From Camelus ferus (Eukaryota), in NCBI RefSeq assembly GCF_009834535.1, contig NC_045697.1:98334001-98398000 (forward strand): DNA of 64,000 nt, read 5' to 3'. Each line of letters opens with the position of its first letter. Position 1 is the first letter of the stretch. Of the stretch, positions 13,669-27,145 are shown piece after piece. The notes beneath the pieces were generated by a model. That model was not told the DNA's origin, did not search any database, and saw nothing but the letters and a program-made list of their open reading frames with translations. Both the position numbers and the translations under genes were made by a program.

Positions 13669-15869
13669 GATGCACCCCTTTTGCTTCACCCCATGATCCA
13701 CGTAGGTGTGAGCTTGAGAGAGTCTAAAAGGACTGATTTTCAACTAAACCTCACTCCTATGATGAGGAAATCCCAGCTTAAATCTAAATGGTATCCACTG
13801 CTAGGTCTCAGACGTGAGTGTGTCATCCAGCCTGGTGGGGAAGGATTGCCAAGAGCCTATTTTCACCTAAAAGACTGAGTAGCTTCCCAGAGTACACTGA
13901 CCCAAAAGCGGACTGGCATATGCATGGCCACTAGGAAATAGTATGGTGTCTGTTACCTGGATATTTCTTCCAACTCCTATAAAATCATATTTTGGGGGAG
14001 AAAATAGTCTTCAAATTAAAACTAAAGGAGCTATTTTTATTTTTTAAATGTTTTCAGTCTGTGTCGCATAAGCCTTGCTACCTGGCGAATAGAGAATAAC
14101 ATTATCCTTATTTCCACACTTAAAATAGTATAGCTGGGTGCACTGATGACTCAGAGAACATAGTAAAGCTTTGATGACGAGGTGCTCTGGTACATCAACT
14201 AGATGGGACACATCAGCAGTATCCAGTGGCGGCAGTGACACCCAGCAAAAGCCGGAGCAGGCAGTGTAGTACCTGGCAGATACCAAGTGGCAGGTGACTA
14301 CCCTGGTTCCTGAGGACACAGAAGTCACATCACAGAAACTTCCAGAAATTATTGGGGGAGACGGGGGTCATTTTGCAAGGAGCTAAAGTAGGTACATATT
14401 ATAGCAGTAAGAGCAAGAGTTAACAACATGCAAACTGTCTCCAAAAAAAATGACTTTTTTGTGCCTGTCTAGAAAACTAGGGCTACCAAAGTCACAGTTA
14501 AAGAAAGGATTTCTAGAAAACTGGGATTGATGGCCATGCAATTTCAATGTGGCTGGAGCTAAGTCAGGAAGGTTATGATTTAAAGTTAGCATCTGGTCAG
14601 TACATTTCTTCCAATAACACCTTGTTAAATAGATGCAACTAGTCTCTTTGAATCTTGGAGGTTGTCATCTTCATTTGGGCAATGGAATGGGATGTCCAGA
14701 AAGCATAACAAAGAGCAACATTATTTCATCCACCTCCATTATTATGGTTTCATTTAAGAAAAGTGATCAGAGTTAAAAATCTCTTGAGTTGGCTTCATTT
14801 GAAAAAACAAAATTCCCAGCAAAGGGGGCACACGAGCCTCCAGAGACTTCCAACAAATCCATTGGCTGCCAAGTCCAACTGTAAAAAATCCAACAGTATC
14901 AGTGAGCCCTGTTGTCTCTTATTTGTAGCTGGTAGTAAAAACCTGTGCTGCTTGCAACGAATTCAACATCCAAGGTAGAAGGTTTAAGACAACCTTATTT
15001 TCCTTGTCACAAAGTACGTAAGAAAACCAAGTTGAGAAGGGAAACAAAGGGCAGAAATCCTGAGGCTAAATTATAGGTTTACATACCCAGGAAATATTAT
15101 TAGCCTAGTCAAGTTCCTACGGAACTTCTGCCATCCACCTATTTCGATTTCTCTGCGGCTTCAGTGGGACACCACACTCCATGCTTGGCTGCCTCGTGAA
15201 GTGTTGTTATTTAAGAGTTGAAGCGCTCTACCCAGCAGCGGCAACAATTCCCCACAGAGGTTTTACATCAGTTTAATTTTTCACAGCTTTGCAAAATTCT
15301 TTAGTCTAACAGAAGTCATACACAGAGAGGGGAAGTTTTATCAAGGTTGTTTTTACACAGAGCTGAGACTAACTGGTGATGACTAACGTGGACCCTCCCA
15401 AGTTCAATCACCTGAGAGCTTCAGTCTTGTAGAGCCCCTGATCTAGAACCTGAATGTGGTAGACATGCAACAAACATCAAGGTAACCACAGTGTTGGTTT
15501 CATTCAATCACAGCACAATTTTTAAAATAAAGTGGCTTACTTACGTCTGAGCCTTTGTTTTTCAATCAACTTTCAAATCTGTAAGGAGATCCTTCTGCTT
15601 TGCTACTGTATGAACAAAACACCCAACTGAATTCACCCTCAGCTACTGAGCTGGGCTTGTCAGTCGGTTTTGCAGTGATCAGAGAGTGGGCCGCAACTAC
15701 GGAGAGTGGGGACACATCATTGTCCAAGTCTAATTGGAAGCCTGGGTAGTTTAAGGCAGCAGCCGAGGCAGGAGATTAGGATGGCTGGAGACGGAAGGAA
15801 GACTTCTGATTGCCTCCACATGCCTTCTGATCTCAAGTAAAACAGCAGAGCCATGCGAAGTGGCAGGCA

Positions 15870-16232
15870 TACTCTGTCCTCTGCCTGGGAGGGGCCACAA
15901 ACCCTCTTGGCCTTCAGCTTCTGGTGGAATTGGGCCAAAAGGGAAGCCTGCTGGAAGACGGAAGGAGGAAGGAAAGTCATGGCAAGGTCTTCATTCCCTT
16001 GGCTTCTCCCAGCTGACTGCAAACCTCCACTGAAGGTCCCAGGGACTGTCCAGGCAGCCCACCCTACACAACTGTCTCCTTCCAGACTTCAGATGCACCG
16101 CCACCTCTCACCTTTGGGGTTTAGAGGGATGAGAACCTTCCCCGGGCACTTTATCATCACCTGTAGTTTCCCTATACCCTACCCACACCTTTGTAGCTCA
16201 TCTCTTTATTAAACCATCCTCAAGTTATCCTT
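15870..16232 (+). mobile_element. LTR33-like ERVL LTR fragment
   Basis: 3' motif 'ttccctataccctacccacacctttgta...tttattaaaccatcctcaa'. Confidence 0.6.
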
Positions 16233-16513
16233 TAAAAAAATTAATGGAGAAAGGAAGTGCTCCATTTATTCAAAAACTCATAGTGTGCATGTCAGTACAG
16301 TAAAGACTTGTCACTGCATTTAGATGTTTTACATGAAATGATAGTCACTACAAACACTTTGGACACAAGGTCCAACTCCACTGTTCATTCTTTCAATGGA
16401 TATTTATTGGTTGACTTCTCTGCGATGAATCAGACACAGTTTTAGGCAGACTGGTGAGCACAGTGCACCAGCTGGGCATCCCCAGCTCTCCCAAGTAGGA
16501 GACGAAGTCACTT

Positions 16514-17090
16514 TGAGAGAGGAGGGAAGAGGGCAGGGCACAGTCATTAAAAGAATGACACAGCAATTAGCACCAAGATGATGGAAGATTCAACTCCCAG
16601 TATACCTTGAGCTTCAATATATGCTCATTGAAATAAAACAGCATGCTAAATGACACTTTCACAGGTGCCAGGACGGTTTCAAGGCTGACAGTAAAAGGTC
16701 AAAAAGTGGGTGATGGCCCAATTCCTGGGAATCCCAGCTCCTTCCCCAAAGTAGTTAGACTAATTCTCTCACTTGTTAGCATATGAAATTACCCAGCCCA
16801 TAAAAACTAACAACCCCTGCACCTCATGGCCGATCTCATTTTCCTAGTAGACCCCAAGCTATGAGGCCACTCACCATTCTGAATAAGATGGCCTGCCTTC
16901 TGCCATGGTCCACCTTCTGCCTATGGAATATGTATCTCCCTGAATAAATCTACTTTACTCTACCATGGCTCACTCTTGAATTCTTTCCTGCACAAAGCCA
17001 AGGACCCTCACTTGATGGGGCGCAACCCAGGGACTCACCTGGGAGCTGGGACGTGGCCATCCTCTTGTGCCCCCCAGTTTTCCTGTATCA
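16514..17090 (+). mobile_element. Complete MER41-like ERV1 solo LTR (577 bp)
   Basis: TG...CA ends; perfect 4-bp TSD ACTT (16510-13 and 17091-94); AATAAA at 16943; core 'ccaagatg...agcatgctaaatgacac...cttgttagcatat' resembles the MER41 family. Confidence 0.8.
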
Positions 17091-18507
17091 ACTTGGTTAG
17101 TCACGTCTGATCTCCTTGCCCTTCTCCATGACCCGCTGGAATTCAGGCCTTCATGACTGGAGCCAACTGCATAAGTGCCTCCATGTCTGTGCCCCCGCCT
17201 TACTTCTCTCCTGTCTGTACTTGGCCACAGTGCAGCCTTTAAGCATGGATCTGATGGTGGCACAGCTGATGGAAGGAGAGTTACAGTCCCTGGGCATGCC
17301 ATGTGCTCCTCGCTCATCTTTCCATCCCATCTCTCATCATATCAAAACTTGCCGTTCCTCCAACCTGCCAGGCTTTTGGACGCCTCTGTGATTTTCACAT
17401 ACCATTTCAGCTGCTCAGAATGCCATTTCCCCATTATCTTCCTGGAATATTCCTAACTCAAGTCAGTCTACAAAGCCTTCTAGGGACCAGCAGGTGGAAT
17501 TTAATGCTCCCTCCTGTGTGGTCCTCTAGCAGCCCATATACACCTCTGTTGCATCACTCACAATATTCCACCGCAAAGTTGGTTCACTCATGGTCTCTCC
17601 TACAGTGATCATGCTGCGGGAAGGGGCCCCATCATATGACTCAATTATGAAGCAAAACCAAACTCTCAAAGTTGCCTGTAGCTATCTCTGCATTCTCGGT
17701 GGTGCAACTGATTTATCTTCAGAGGAAACTTGTCCTTTTTTAATTGGGGAAAACACTGTGGTGTACTTTTTAATTTGCAAGGAAAATGCCCAAAGCCGGA
17801 TGTGAAAAGACAGATGAAGCTGGTAAGAAACCAAACAGTGTTAAAAAAAAAAAAATTATATATATATATATCTCAAGCCCTGAAGGCATCTGGTAGACCC
17901 CTACAAAGACATGACCTGGCTGCTAAGAAAGTCTTCCCTAGAGAGGAGGCTGCAGCTAGAGAAAGGGAGCGCCTGGATGGGTGGGAGTTGACCCCAACAG
18001 GAAGATGGCTGCTGGCCAGGATGATGTGAGATGCTTTTGGAGCAGTGACAGCCCACATCTCACTTATACTTTCTTTTTCTAGGTTATAATTCTCTCACCA
18101 TGATGTCTAAGAGATCACTGTGACCTGTTTACCTTTGCCCCCTCATAGCAGTCATGGGCAATGAAGGAAGAAAACATGCTGACGCTTTGGAACAAACCAG
18201 AGCACAGCCAGCTGGAGTAGCAGGAGTCAGGGGAGAGAAGAGAGGGTGATGAGGGAGCCTTAGAGCAGCACCCAGAGAAAGTGACCCAGGCGACACTAGG
18301 AGACGGAGGTGCATCCTCACACAGTCCTTAGAAAGGGCGACTGCATTCCTGCAGTTCACAGAATAAAGACCTGGGTCACTTTATTTGGCTAACAAAATAA
18401 AGAGTGACCCTGGAAGGCTGAAAGCTTTTCATACACTTGAGTTACACTTATACTTTGAGCAGTTAACATGATTCTGGGCACACTGAACACGTGCAAAAAA
18501 TATTTGA

Positions 18508-18587
18508 AGGAGGGAACATATAGCTCAGTGGTGAAGTGCGTGCTTAGCCTGCACAATGTCCTAGATTTGATCCCCAGGACCAGTAAG

Positions 18588-18626
<39 letters not shown>

Positions 18627-18646
18627 ACCTAATTGCTCCCCTCCCC
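18508..18646 (+). mobile_element. Camelid tRNA-derived SINE (Vic-1-like) with expanded (TAAA)n
   Basis: A box tagctcagtgg, degenerate B box, tail aaataaacctaattgctcccc. Confidence 0.85.
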
Positions 18647-18711
18647 AATTTTTTTTAATTTAAAAAATACAATTAAAAAATTTTTTAATTTGAAAAAAAA
18701 TACTTGATAAG

Positions 18712-18760
18712 TGGGTGGATGGATGGATGGATAGATGAATGGATGGATGGATGGACAGAT
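18712..18760. repeat. (GGAT)n microsatellite
   Basis: Imperfect ggat repeats seen directly. Confidence 0.9.
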
Positions 18761-19155
18761 AAATAAATGAATCGAAGTTTTGCTTCAACACATTTCAAAG
18801 ATTTGCTCTTCCTGACCAGGTCATCATGTTTCTCTTTCCTCTTGTTACTGTTTGCATAAGGCCTCAAGGAGCTGGAGGAGAGTCTAAAAACAAGAGAACA
18901 GGACCTCATAGTGACAAGGCCAGGGTAATGACCTTGGTAAAAATGGGGGGAATGATCAGCTAGTTCGTACAAGACATCTAAGAGCTCCCCTGGGTTCCCA
19001 CACGCTCTCTCTCTCACCCGAGCCTCCGGTGGCCTCACCTCTGCAGCTGGACAGGTGGGGCAGTCATTCTTTCACAGGGCAGTATCCAGTCTGCTCCTAG
19101 TTCTCACTTTCCTGGCCCTACAGAATGGTGCTGAAAGGCTGAAGGTCTAATTTCT

Positions 19156-19261
19156 CTTTTGGGGGGGGGGGTGCTAATTAGGTTTATTTATTATTTTTTT
19201 AGAGGAGGTACTAGGGATTGAACCCAGGATGCACTCTACTCCTTGAGCTATACCCTCCCCA
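19156..19261 (-). mobile_element. Vic-1-like SINE with internal deletion
   Basis: Perfect 17-bp TSD ctgaaggtctaatttct (19139-55 and 19262-78); A and B boxes present. Confidence 0.92.
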
Positions 19262-20419
19262 CTGAAGGTCTAATTTCTTCAAGCCATTAGGCCAGAGAAA
19301 CAGAAAGCAGCACTGAGGAGAGGGTCCTGGGCTCTCGCAGGGCCAGGAAACACCATGTGTTCTGGGTGGCTCCAGAGAGGCAGAGCTTCGCCAGAAAACT
19401 TCCAGGCCACAGGTTTCCAGGAGCCTGGGGTCAGTGACTCAGCACTGGGGAGGAACTCTCTGGAAGTCACTGCATTTTGTCCTCTGAAGCCTTAAATTCT
19501 GCCCTCTCCAAAGTGGCCAGCAAGGCCGGGGTGCAGGAAATCACGGCCTGCCCAGGACGCCCCAGTGCACTGAGCACTCAGGATGGTCTTGACCTGGCTG
19601 CGGCGTCTGGGCCAGGCTCAGCCAAGGCCCATGCATGCCCACTGGCAGGAGGTGCCTGGGACCAGGCCTGCAGACCTGTGACAGGAGGCCAGCATCCGAG
19701 CTCTCCCATCAACGGGACTTCTCAACTCGGCTGTTTACTATTTAAGTGCTTCTGCCAAAGAATGTGAGAAGCAGAAAAGGTCAGCATTGTGAGCTGCCCG
19801 TTACTGCTCATGGCTCCAAGTCTTGACAAGAAATAGGAAAATGACAGAATTAATGATGAAACAGGAGACAGAACAAAGGGGAGAGGCCAACAAGCCAGGC
19901 TTGACAGTATGTTCAGATGGTACATTCAATGCCTCTCCACACAGAGGGGCCAGGTGAGTGTCCAACACAGAAAAGGCCCTTAGGTAAATGCAACCAAATA
20001 CTTTAACCTCTGGGGACAATCACGTTAAAACACAGGTGAATGTTATTAGCAAAAGGTTGGCTGTTGGTTAAGAGAGTCTATATTTGGAATTTGTTTCTAT
20101 TGTTCCTGCAAGCACTCTCTTTTCTGGGAACACAAAGCTGAGAAACTTCACATACTTAGAACTGTTTATCAATAGATTTCCAAGATATAAATCTGAAAAT
20201 AGAAGTCCTATGTTTGGATTTTCCTAGGTATTAAAAAAAATTAAAAAAAAAAAAACTCGAAGATAAGAGACTGGCATGTATTTGAGACCATAAGTGAAGT
20301 CTCGAGTGGAAAAGAAAGCTCATGTGTCCTTGACAAATGTAAATTCATCCAAAATCCAAGGTGGTTAATGAGGTCTTAAGTATTATAGAGACAGGAGGGA
20401 AGGAAGAGAGAGGGGGGGA

Positions 20420-20610
20420 AAGCATAGGTTTTAGAAAACTCCAGACCCAGGACTGAGTCCTCAACTCTCCCCATGTTTTGCAGCAACCATCAGTACATTG
20501 CTGATCCTCTCCAAGCCCCAAATCCCTCTGTAATCATGGCGATCATGACATCTAGGGAGGTTAACAGTTTAAATCTTGCATGCAGCGGGCACTCAGGAAA
20601 TATGAGTTTC
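20420..20610 (+). mobile_element. MIR (degraded)
   Basis: Weak match to the MIR head and core. Confidence 0.4.
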
Positions 20611-22849
20611 CTTTATTCTCCAGAGTGGCTGTGGGTAAGTCCTGCTGGATTCTCTTTATAAGGTCCTGAACTTCAATATGTGGAGGCAGAGCAGCCACGA
20701 GCAAGGAAACAGAAGTGAACTAATGAGTAAAAATGAGGCACGTGGAAAACAATCCTCAGAAATGGAAAACGGTTCTCAGTCACTAGAAAAATGTAATGAA
20801 TATTTAGTTCCATTCTCTCATAGCAAGCAGAGCAAAGGCCCACAAAGGCACTGAGCGCTTACTAAGGAGGCCCTTGCCAACACCACCGAACTGTGCCTGG
20901 AGGCAGCACTTGCTCAGCGGTCACTCTGCTCAGACGCTGCTGACCAACAAGCCATCTGCCTTTCAGCATAGAAACTAAAGCAGAAATGTCATAATAATAA
21001 CCAACATGCTCATGAGATCAGTAAAGGGCTAGACTCCAAACACTTTCTTGGTCATCCAACTTCAGTTGAGGACAGGGGTTCCCAATATTTAAAAATATAA
21101 GTCTCTTTTGCCAAGTCAAGACTGTCACCCAACTCCCCATTTGATACAAGCTGCCCTTTTAGTAACTATCAGCTAAGGTAATCTATACTCATGGAAAACA
21201 ACTATGAATCTCCATACTTAACCCCAAAGCATGCACATCTATTGAAAAATAATCATGACATTTTTGCATAAAATAGTATTTATCCCACCAGCAGAGGACA
21301 CTGAGCACAAATACAGCTTTCTGGACCCACTGCAATGGCGTCGCGGACAAACTCCCTCCTCCTGGAGGTGCTGAGCCCACAAACAAAGAGCCACCCTCTA
21401 GAGCACTGAGCCTCTGGCTTCTCTCATATGATTCTCCCTCAAAATAGCTGAGGATAAATAATGATTTGGTCAGTTTCAACGCAAAGGTTTAACAATAGGA
21501 AAATGAAGAGAACATTCAAATACTGAGAGTACATTTATCCCAGATGTTACCAATGAATCAAAGAATTTTTTGTAAGATCAATGTTAGGATTATCCTCTTT
21601 TTTAAAGAAGAGATAAAACATTCCAATATCTGTAGTCTGAAGCACTAGAATGAAGGGGAAAAAAAAAACTGTTTTCACAAGGAATTGTTAGCACAATGAC
21701 ATAGCTATGTCTCAGGGTCTCTTGACAAAGAATGCTAATTAATTCTTATTTGTAATTGTATCTGTTATAAAGGATATTGTTGGGTGAAATTTAAATTTGA
21801 AGTAACAGGCAACAACTCATAAACTAGCCTCATTGGAAAGTCCTTAAAATCCAGTTGTTAAAACAGAAGGAAAAATCCCAGACATTCATGCAATTATTCA
21901 GCGAGATTGGCTAAGGGTCTTGGGGAAAACCAAAAACAGCTGATTTCCCTTTACTGCCTGAATCTCTTGAAAATGACAAAAAATAATCCCCAACAATATC
22001 TACCTCCAGTCATCACAGGATTGAACACCCCTTCCATAAAAATAAGAAAAAATGCCGCTTTCATGAGACCATTCCCAACGATCACGTTCATGGCTTCAAT
22101 GCATATGGCACATTATACCATGTCTCTGCTTAAAAGAGATGCATCCATCCCGTCCTGTCAGAATAGACTTGAGCATCTGCCTTCCACGTTTGGCTACAGT
22201 CTCTGTCAACAAATATGGCAGCAGAGAAAGAAGGCCCAGCAAAACTATTCATCAGGGGCCTGTTTAAATTTGTGCTGTCAATTCTAATAGGTTTTTTATG
22301 GAGTTAAATTCTTCTGCCCTCATTAGAATCATGATTGCCTGTCAGTGAGTCTGACAGGTCTGAATTCCCATGAGAGTGTCAGACACTATTGCCCAGCAGG
22401 GGCTGAGGACAAGGCGCAGTCGAAAATTTTACACGTCAATCCTTAAAATCACAGGATAAATGCCTCTCTGCCATTAAGTAACTGTGATTCACAACAAGGC
22501 AACCTGGAGAACTCTTCGGGTTCTTCCCATCTCAGGCACACACAACTCGGAGGGTCCTGCCCTAAGCAGGCTGAGCTGTCGCCTCTCAACCTTGGCTTGT
22601 AGATGGATCACCTGCTGGCTTCTCATGTCATCTTGGAACAACCAACAACAGCAACAACAAGCCAGAGTGTCTGAAGGCTACCGAGGCTTACAAACACCAA
22701 GACACCTCCCCTGGGGTCAAGTTTGAGGTAAGGCTTATATCTGAAGACACGGTAGCAGGTATAGGGAAAACATCAGGGAGGGCAGACAGTTCTCCGCTAG
22801 ACAAGAGGAGGGAAGCCCCACTGGGTGGTCAAGTTTATGGGACACTTAC

Positions 22850-23015
22850 CCTGCCAAGCACTTTTTGTACCCTATCTCATTTCAGAAATCAGTGGGAATA
22901 ATCATTACATCCATTTTATCAACAGAGGGAACTGAGGCTGAGAGAGTCATCTTCCCACAGTCACAGAGGAAGTAAGTGGCCGAGCGGGCTGAGACTCTGT
23001 CTGTCTGACTCTAAT
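22850..23015 (-). mobile_element. MIR
   Basis: 'ccattttatc...gaactgaggctgagag...gtcacag...agtaagtggc'. Confidence 0.7.
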
Positions 23016-23419
23016 ATCACAAGTCCCCTCCCTCAGTTGCCCTGGGCAGAGGCTGGCCCTCTGGACATATGGAATGTGGTAGGAGCTGACAAGGAGGCCT
23101 GGGGGACTCAGAAAGGGCCCCCGCTAAAAGGACGGATGAAACCCCAAGCCAGATGCCAAAATAATCTATGAGCACATAGATTTGGAATTCGGTCTTCTTT
23201 CAGTAATTGAGTGGAAAGAAAAAGAGAACTTTATTAGACCAGGAACTATGGTGGGAGAAAAAGAAACCATCCTCTAGTTCCTTTATCCTTAACTTCCAAT
23301 CATGTGTACAGAAGTCATTCCATGAAACTCTCTTTTTTGGGAAATTTTAACTAGCATCAAATTAGATTGCTTCATCCTCTAAGCTCAAAAATGTTTACAT
23401 TTTATGGCTCTACCCCGTT

Positions 23420-23560
23420 TCTCAAAATTCCCCAGCCTGGGTTTCTCTTACAGATGCTGTTTGGCCCTTGAGAACCCGAACCTTTGAGGGCTGGGTTCCA
23501 GGCAACTACATTCTTAATAAGCCCCCCAGGAGGTTCCAGAGCCCACGGAAGTGAGAGTCC
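23420..23560. mobile_element. MER5-like hAT DNA transposon fragment
   Basis: 'tttctcaaaatt...cagatgctg...cattcttaataagcccccc'. Confidence 0.45.
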
Positions 23561-25269
23561 CAAGATACAAGGTAGGTTAACATTTTGTGGTTAGATCTCA
23601 ATCAGTCCTGGTGTCTTCATTTGTGGAGAAAATGGGGACGGACTATGTTTGGACAGGAGGCTCAGGGAAGTGGACTGGCTGTAGGGAAACCCACCTTCAC
23701 ATCACCATCTAAATTCTTCTCCAAGAGATTTGAAATCAACTATATGGGAATAACTGAGAAAAAAAATCTCCAATTAAAAGCAAATGTAACCTAGAAAGAG
23801 CAGAGTACAAGGATATATGGGTGGAATTTGTTCGATTGCTTGCTTGTTTATTCACACCCATTACCTAGACTGGGAGGCAGTTTTGCCTGGTGACTGGCTA
23901 CCGTCTTGCTGTCTGTTGAAATGACTTGATATTCAGCCACATACCTTTAATGATACAAAGCAAAAAAAGAAAAAAAAAGGCAGAAAATGTCTCTTTTCCT
24001 TCCTCTCCCTCCTTCTCCCCTATGAGGTCTCCTTCTTTCTCATTCTTCATTGTCTGCACCCCAACTTTCCTGGGCCACCTCTCTGCACATGGCCTGCAGC
24101 TGCTTCCTTCTGTTTTTATTTTTTTCTTTCCATTCAGACCTCAGGACGCCTTCTGTTCTAACATCACTCCTTTCCCTGCCACTCACAGGCTCACGGTTTG
24201 GTACTCAAGCTGTTTTCTGTTCACTGGCAGCTAGCCTCTGATTCCATTCTGCCACAGGATTTAGCTCTAAGTCAGGCAGTAAATGGGCTCTTTACAAATC
24301 TTGCTTAATTTAAAGAACCCTCTCCACAAGCAGCATTTCTGGGGACATTTTTCACGGTGTTAGCAGCTAGGCTGTACGCACTTGCTTGTACAACAGCAGA
24401 TTGGCTGCTGTTCCTGTCACTCTGAGAGACCAACATAAAGGTTCAAATTAACTAGCAAGTGTAAACCACAGGAACTGAGAGAAGAGTTTCACAGACTTTT
24501 TTTTCTTTTCTCTATTTGTATAATTTTAGCACCTAGAACATGAAGTACACAAGCCCGAGTGTCACCGTGGTGGAGGCAGCAGGAGAGTCACGAGTTGACC
24601 AGCTCGGGTGCAGCTGGATGCCAGAGGATGGGGAAGACTGGAAGTCATTAACTCTGATCGAGGGAACTGCAGTTCCTGAGTCACTGTCTTCCGTTTTTAC
24701 CTACGTGATATGTGACCTCTCCCTTTCTTATCGAGTCAAGTTCAGACTATAGACATTTGGACCCTAAGGCCATTTTTTTAAGGGCTTATCTTAACAAACT
24801 GTCAACTGGTCTTATATATGCATTAAATCTCTGACCAACTTTGAAAATCTACACTGAACAGAGCACTTGACTGCCAGGCCATATTGCCAAGCAGGAGGCA
24901 TCGCCACGGCAGAAGTCCATTGAGATGCAATCCCTAAGCGTCTGGAGACAACATGCCCGTCTAACTCATTTTGTTTTGAGAGAATGCACTTTCCATGGTG
25001 ATTAAGATCTTTCACCCCACCAGGAAACAAGGAATAATGGTAGAATGTGTCCAACTCCATTCTCTATCCCTTCTTGGATGCTGATGACATGGCCAAGTCA
25101 CATGCACCAGTGGGGTGTGGTGACAAACAAGAGGGCAGAAACAGAGGAACTGGGGTGCAAACCAGCCCTTCTGTATGATAGTGCCACAGTCAAGCTCTAT
25201 TATAACAACAAAAAGCATTCATGAAAGGACACATCGTCCCCGTGCATCATGGGTGCAGCTGGATTTCTC

Positions 25270-25412
25270 AATGTCCAATACAGTAGCCACTAGCCATAGG
25301 TAACTCTTTAACTTTAAATTAATTTAAATTAAAGATGTAGTAATTTCATGGAACCAGCCACACTCCAAATGCTAACAGCCACACTGGGCCAGTGTCTGCC
25401 ATATTGGCCAGG
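25270..25412. mobile_element. MER3/MER33-type hAT-Charlie MITE
   Basis: 'tgtccaatacagtagccactagcca...ttaaattaatttaaattaaa...gccatattggc'. Confidence 0.7.
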
Positions 25413-26352
25413 GCTGGTACAGAATGTCTTTATCAACACAGCAAATCCCCGTTGGTCTACTATGTTCTGATCCAATGGCGTGCTCTGACCTGTAGCTCAG
25501 AGCGTAACCATTCTCAAGCCAGAATAAAGCCTTACAAACTTACGTGTGCCAGGGAAAAAGCATTCAGTACACAAGGAGGGGAGCAGCCCAACAGGGGCAG
25601 GAGAGATACTACTGCCCGGCAGCAAGTCTCCAACAGAAGCACTGAGAATTCACTGCAGACACAGCCTGGGAGGAGGCAGAGACGGGAGCATCTCCTTCCC
25701 AAATCGATTGCTCCTTTTCCTCTGCCCGAGGGTCCAACCGGGAGCAGAGAGTTGAGAAGCAATTCCTCATAAATTAAGTTGGAAGGGAGGGCTATCCCAG
25801 TACTCAAGGCCTCGGAAGCCAACAGCGCCAACGTGATTAAATAATTGAACTGTCTCACCTTGCCCAGTCAAGTTAGATTCCAACGAGGGTAATTAATCTT
25901 CACAGTGCCTGTTATTCCCTGCCCTGCGCATACTTGTGCTCCTGTTCAAAGTCAAGTTTCCCAACCTGCCTGTTTCTTGCACTGTAAGAAAAAGGAGGAG
26001 GAAGCAAAAATAGAAAGGCTTCCTTATAGAAGAGCATCAGTAGAAAGTTACCTTCAAACTTAGCCTCTGTGAGCCCCCTCCCAAAGATGGTGGCATTCAC
26101 ACTGTAAGTGTGTGCAACTTTACAAGCAAATTTCAGAGAAACAGAGTTATTCTTGGAGGATGAGTCTTAGAATTTTCCTTCAAGAAGCTCTCAGCTCTCG
26201 TAATTCGATGAGCTGAGAAATAAAACAAAGACTGAGACAAGGAAGGAAACCAAGGCAGGCAGGTACCCACCCTGGCCTCAGCCCCAGAGAGAATCATTGC
26301 TCAAAAGCAAAACCAGGAGGTGGGGAGGGACCATCACAGCACACATGTTTAA

Positions 26353-26470
26353 ATTCATTCATTCACTCAACAAATTTATTGAGTGCCTTCCACATGCGGC
26401 ACATTCTAAGAACTTGGGATACATCGTGAACAAGCAGACACAGTCCATGTACTGGTGGAACTTACATTTC
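26353..26470 (-). mobile_element. L2 3' end
   Basis: 'attcattcattcactcaacaaatttattgagtgcc'. Confidence 0.75.
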
Positions 26471-27130
26471 CTCAAGCCAACAGTTGGATTCATTTTTCAT
26501 TCACCCACACTATCCAGTAGTCACATGAAATTTTAAAGATGCAAAATGTGAGCATCTATTCATTTTGTTGACTCTTGTAAAAGTGTGTCTGTGTGGGTGG
26601 GTAAAAGTAACTGTGATCCCCAGGAACTTGCCAGAATTGTGCAAATTGTGAGCCTAATTTCATACCAAGAAGGAGAAGGGAAGGAGTTTTCCAGTCAGCT
26701 CACTACACATCTACCAGTCCCACAAAATGACCAGCAATGCCAAGGTACAGCCAGCCTCCAGGTCTGTCTCTTCCTGGAGGGAAGGAGGTAGGGGAGTAGG
26801 TGCTTGGCAGCAAGACATGGACAGTGAGGTAAGATGGGAGAGCCAAACAAAAAGGGAAAAAGGAAAAATAATCTCACTGCATTATCTACAACCCTTAAGT
26901 GTGTATCAATGGACCAATAAAGTATGCCCCAGAGAGTCTTAAAACTACAATATTAAACTCTGTACACCAAGAAAAGCAAAGATGGTACGTTATAACAAAG
27001 AGAGTTTTGGTTCTGTATTGTTGGTTTTCTGGTTCTTGCTAATGTTCTGGTTTTTAGCTTTGCTCACTTGGATATATTTTCTTTTAAAGGGCTGCATGCC
27101 ACAGAGACCTTTTTCCAACCGAAGTGCAAT

Positions 27131-27145
27131 GCTGCCCCCTGGTGA
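27131..27145 (-). promoter_or_regulatory. CTCF core motif match
   Basis: Minus strand reads TCACCAGGGGGCAGC; motif only, binding unknown. Confidence 0.45.

Noticed and set aside
18373..18410. Imperfect inverted repeat gggtcactttattt...aaataaagagtgaccc
   Set aside because: Stem too short for a pre-miRNA; no MITE or TSD features
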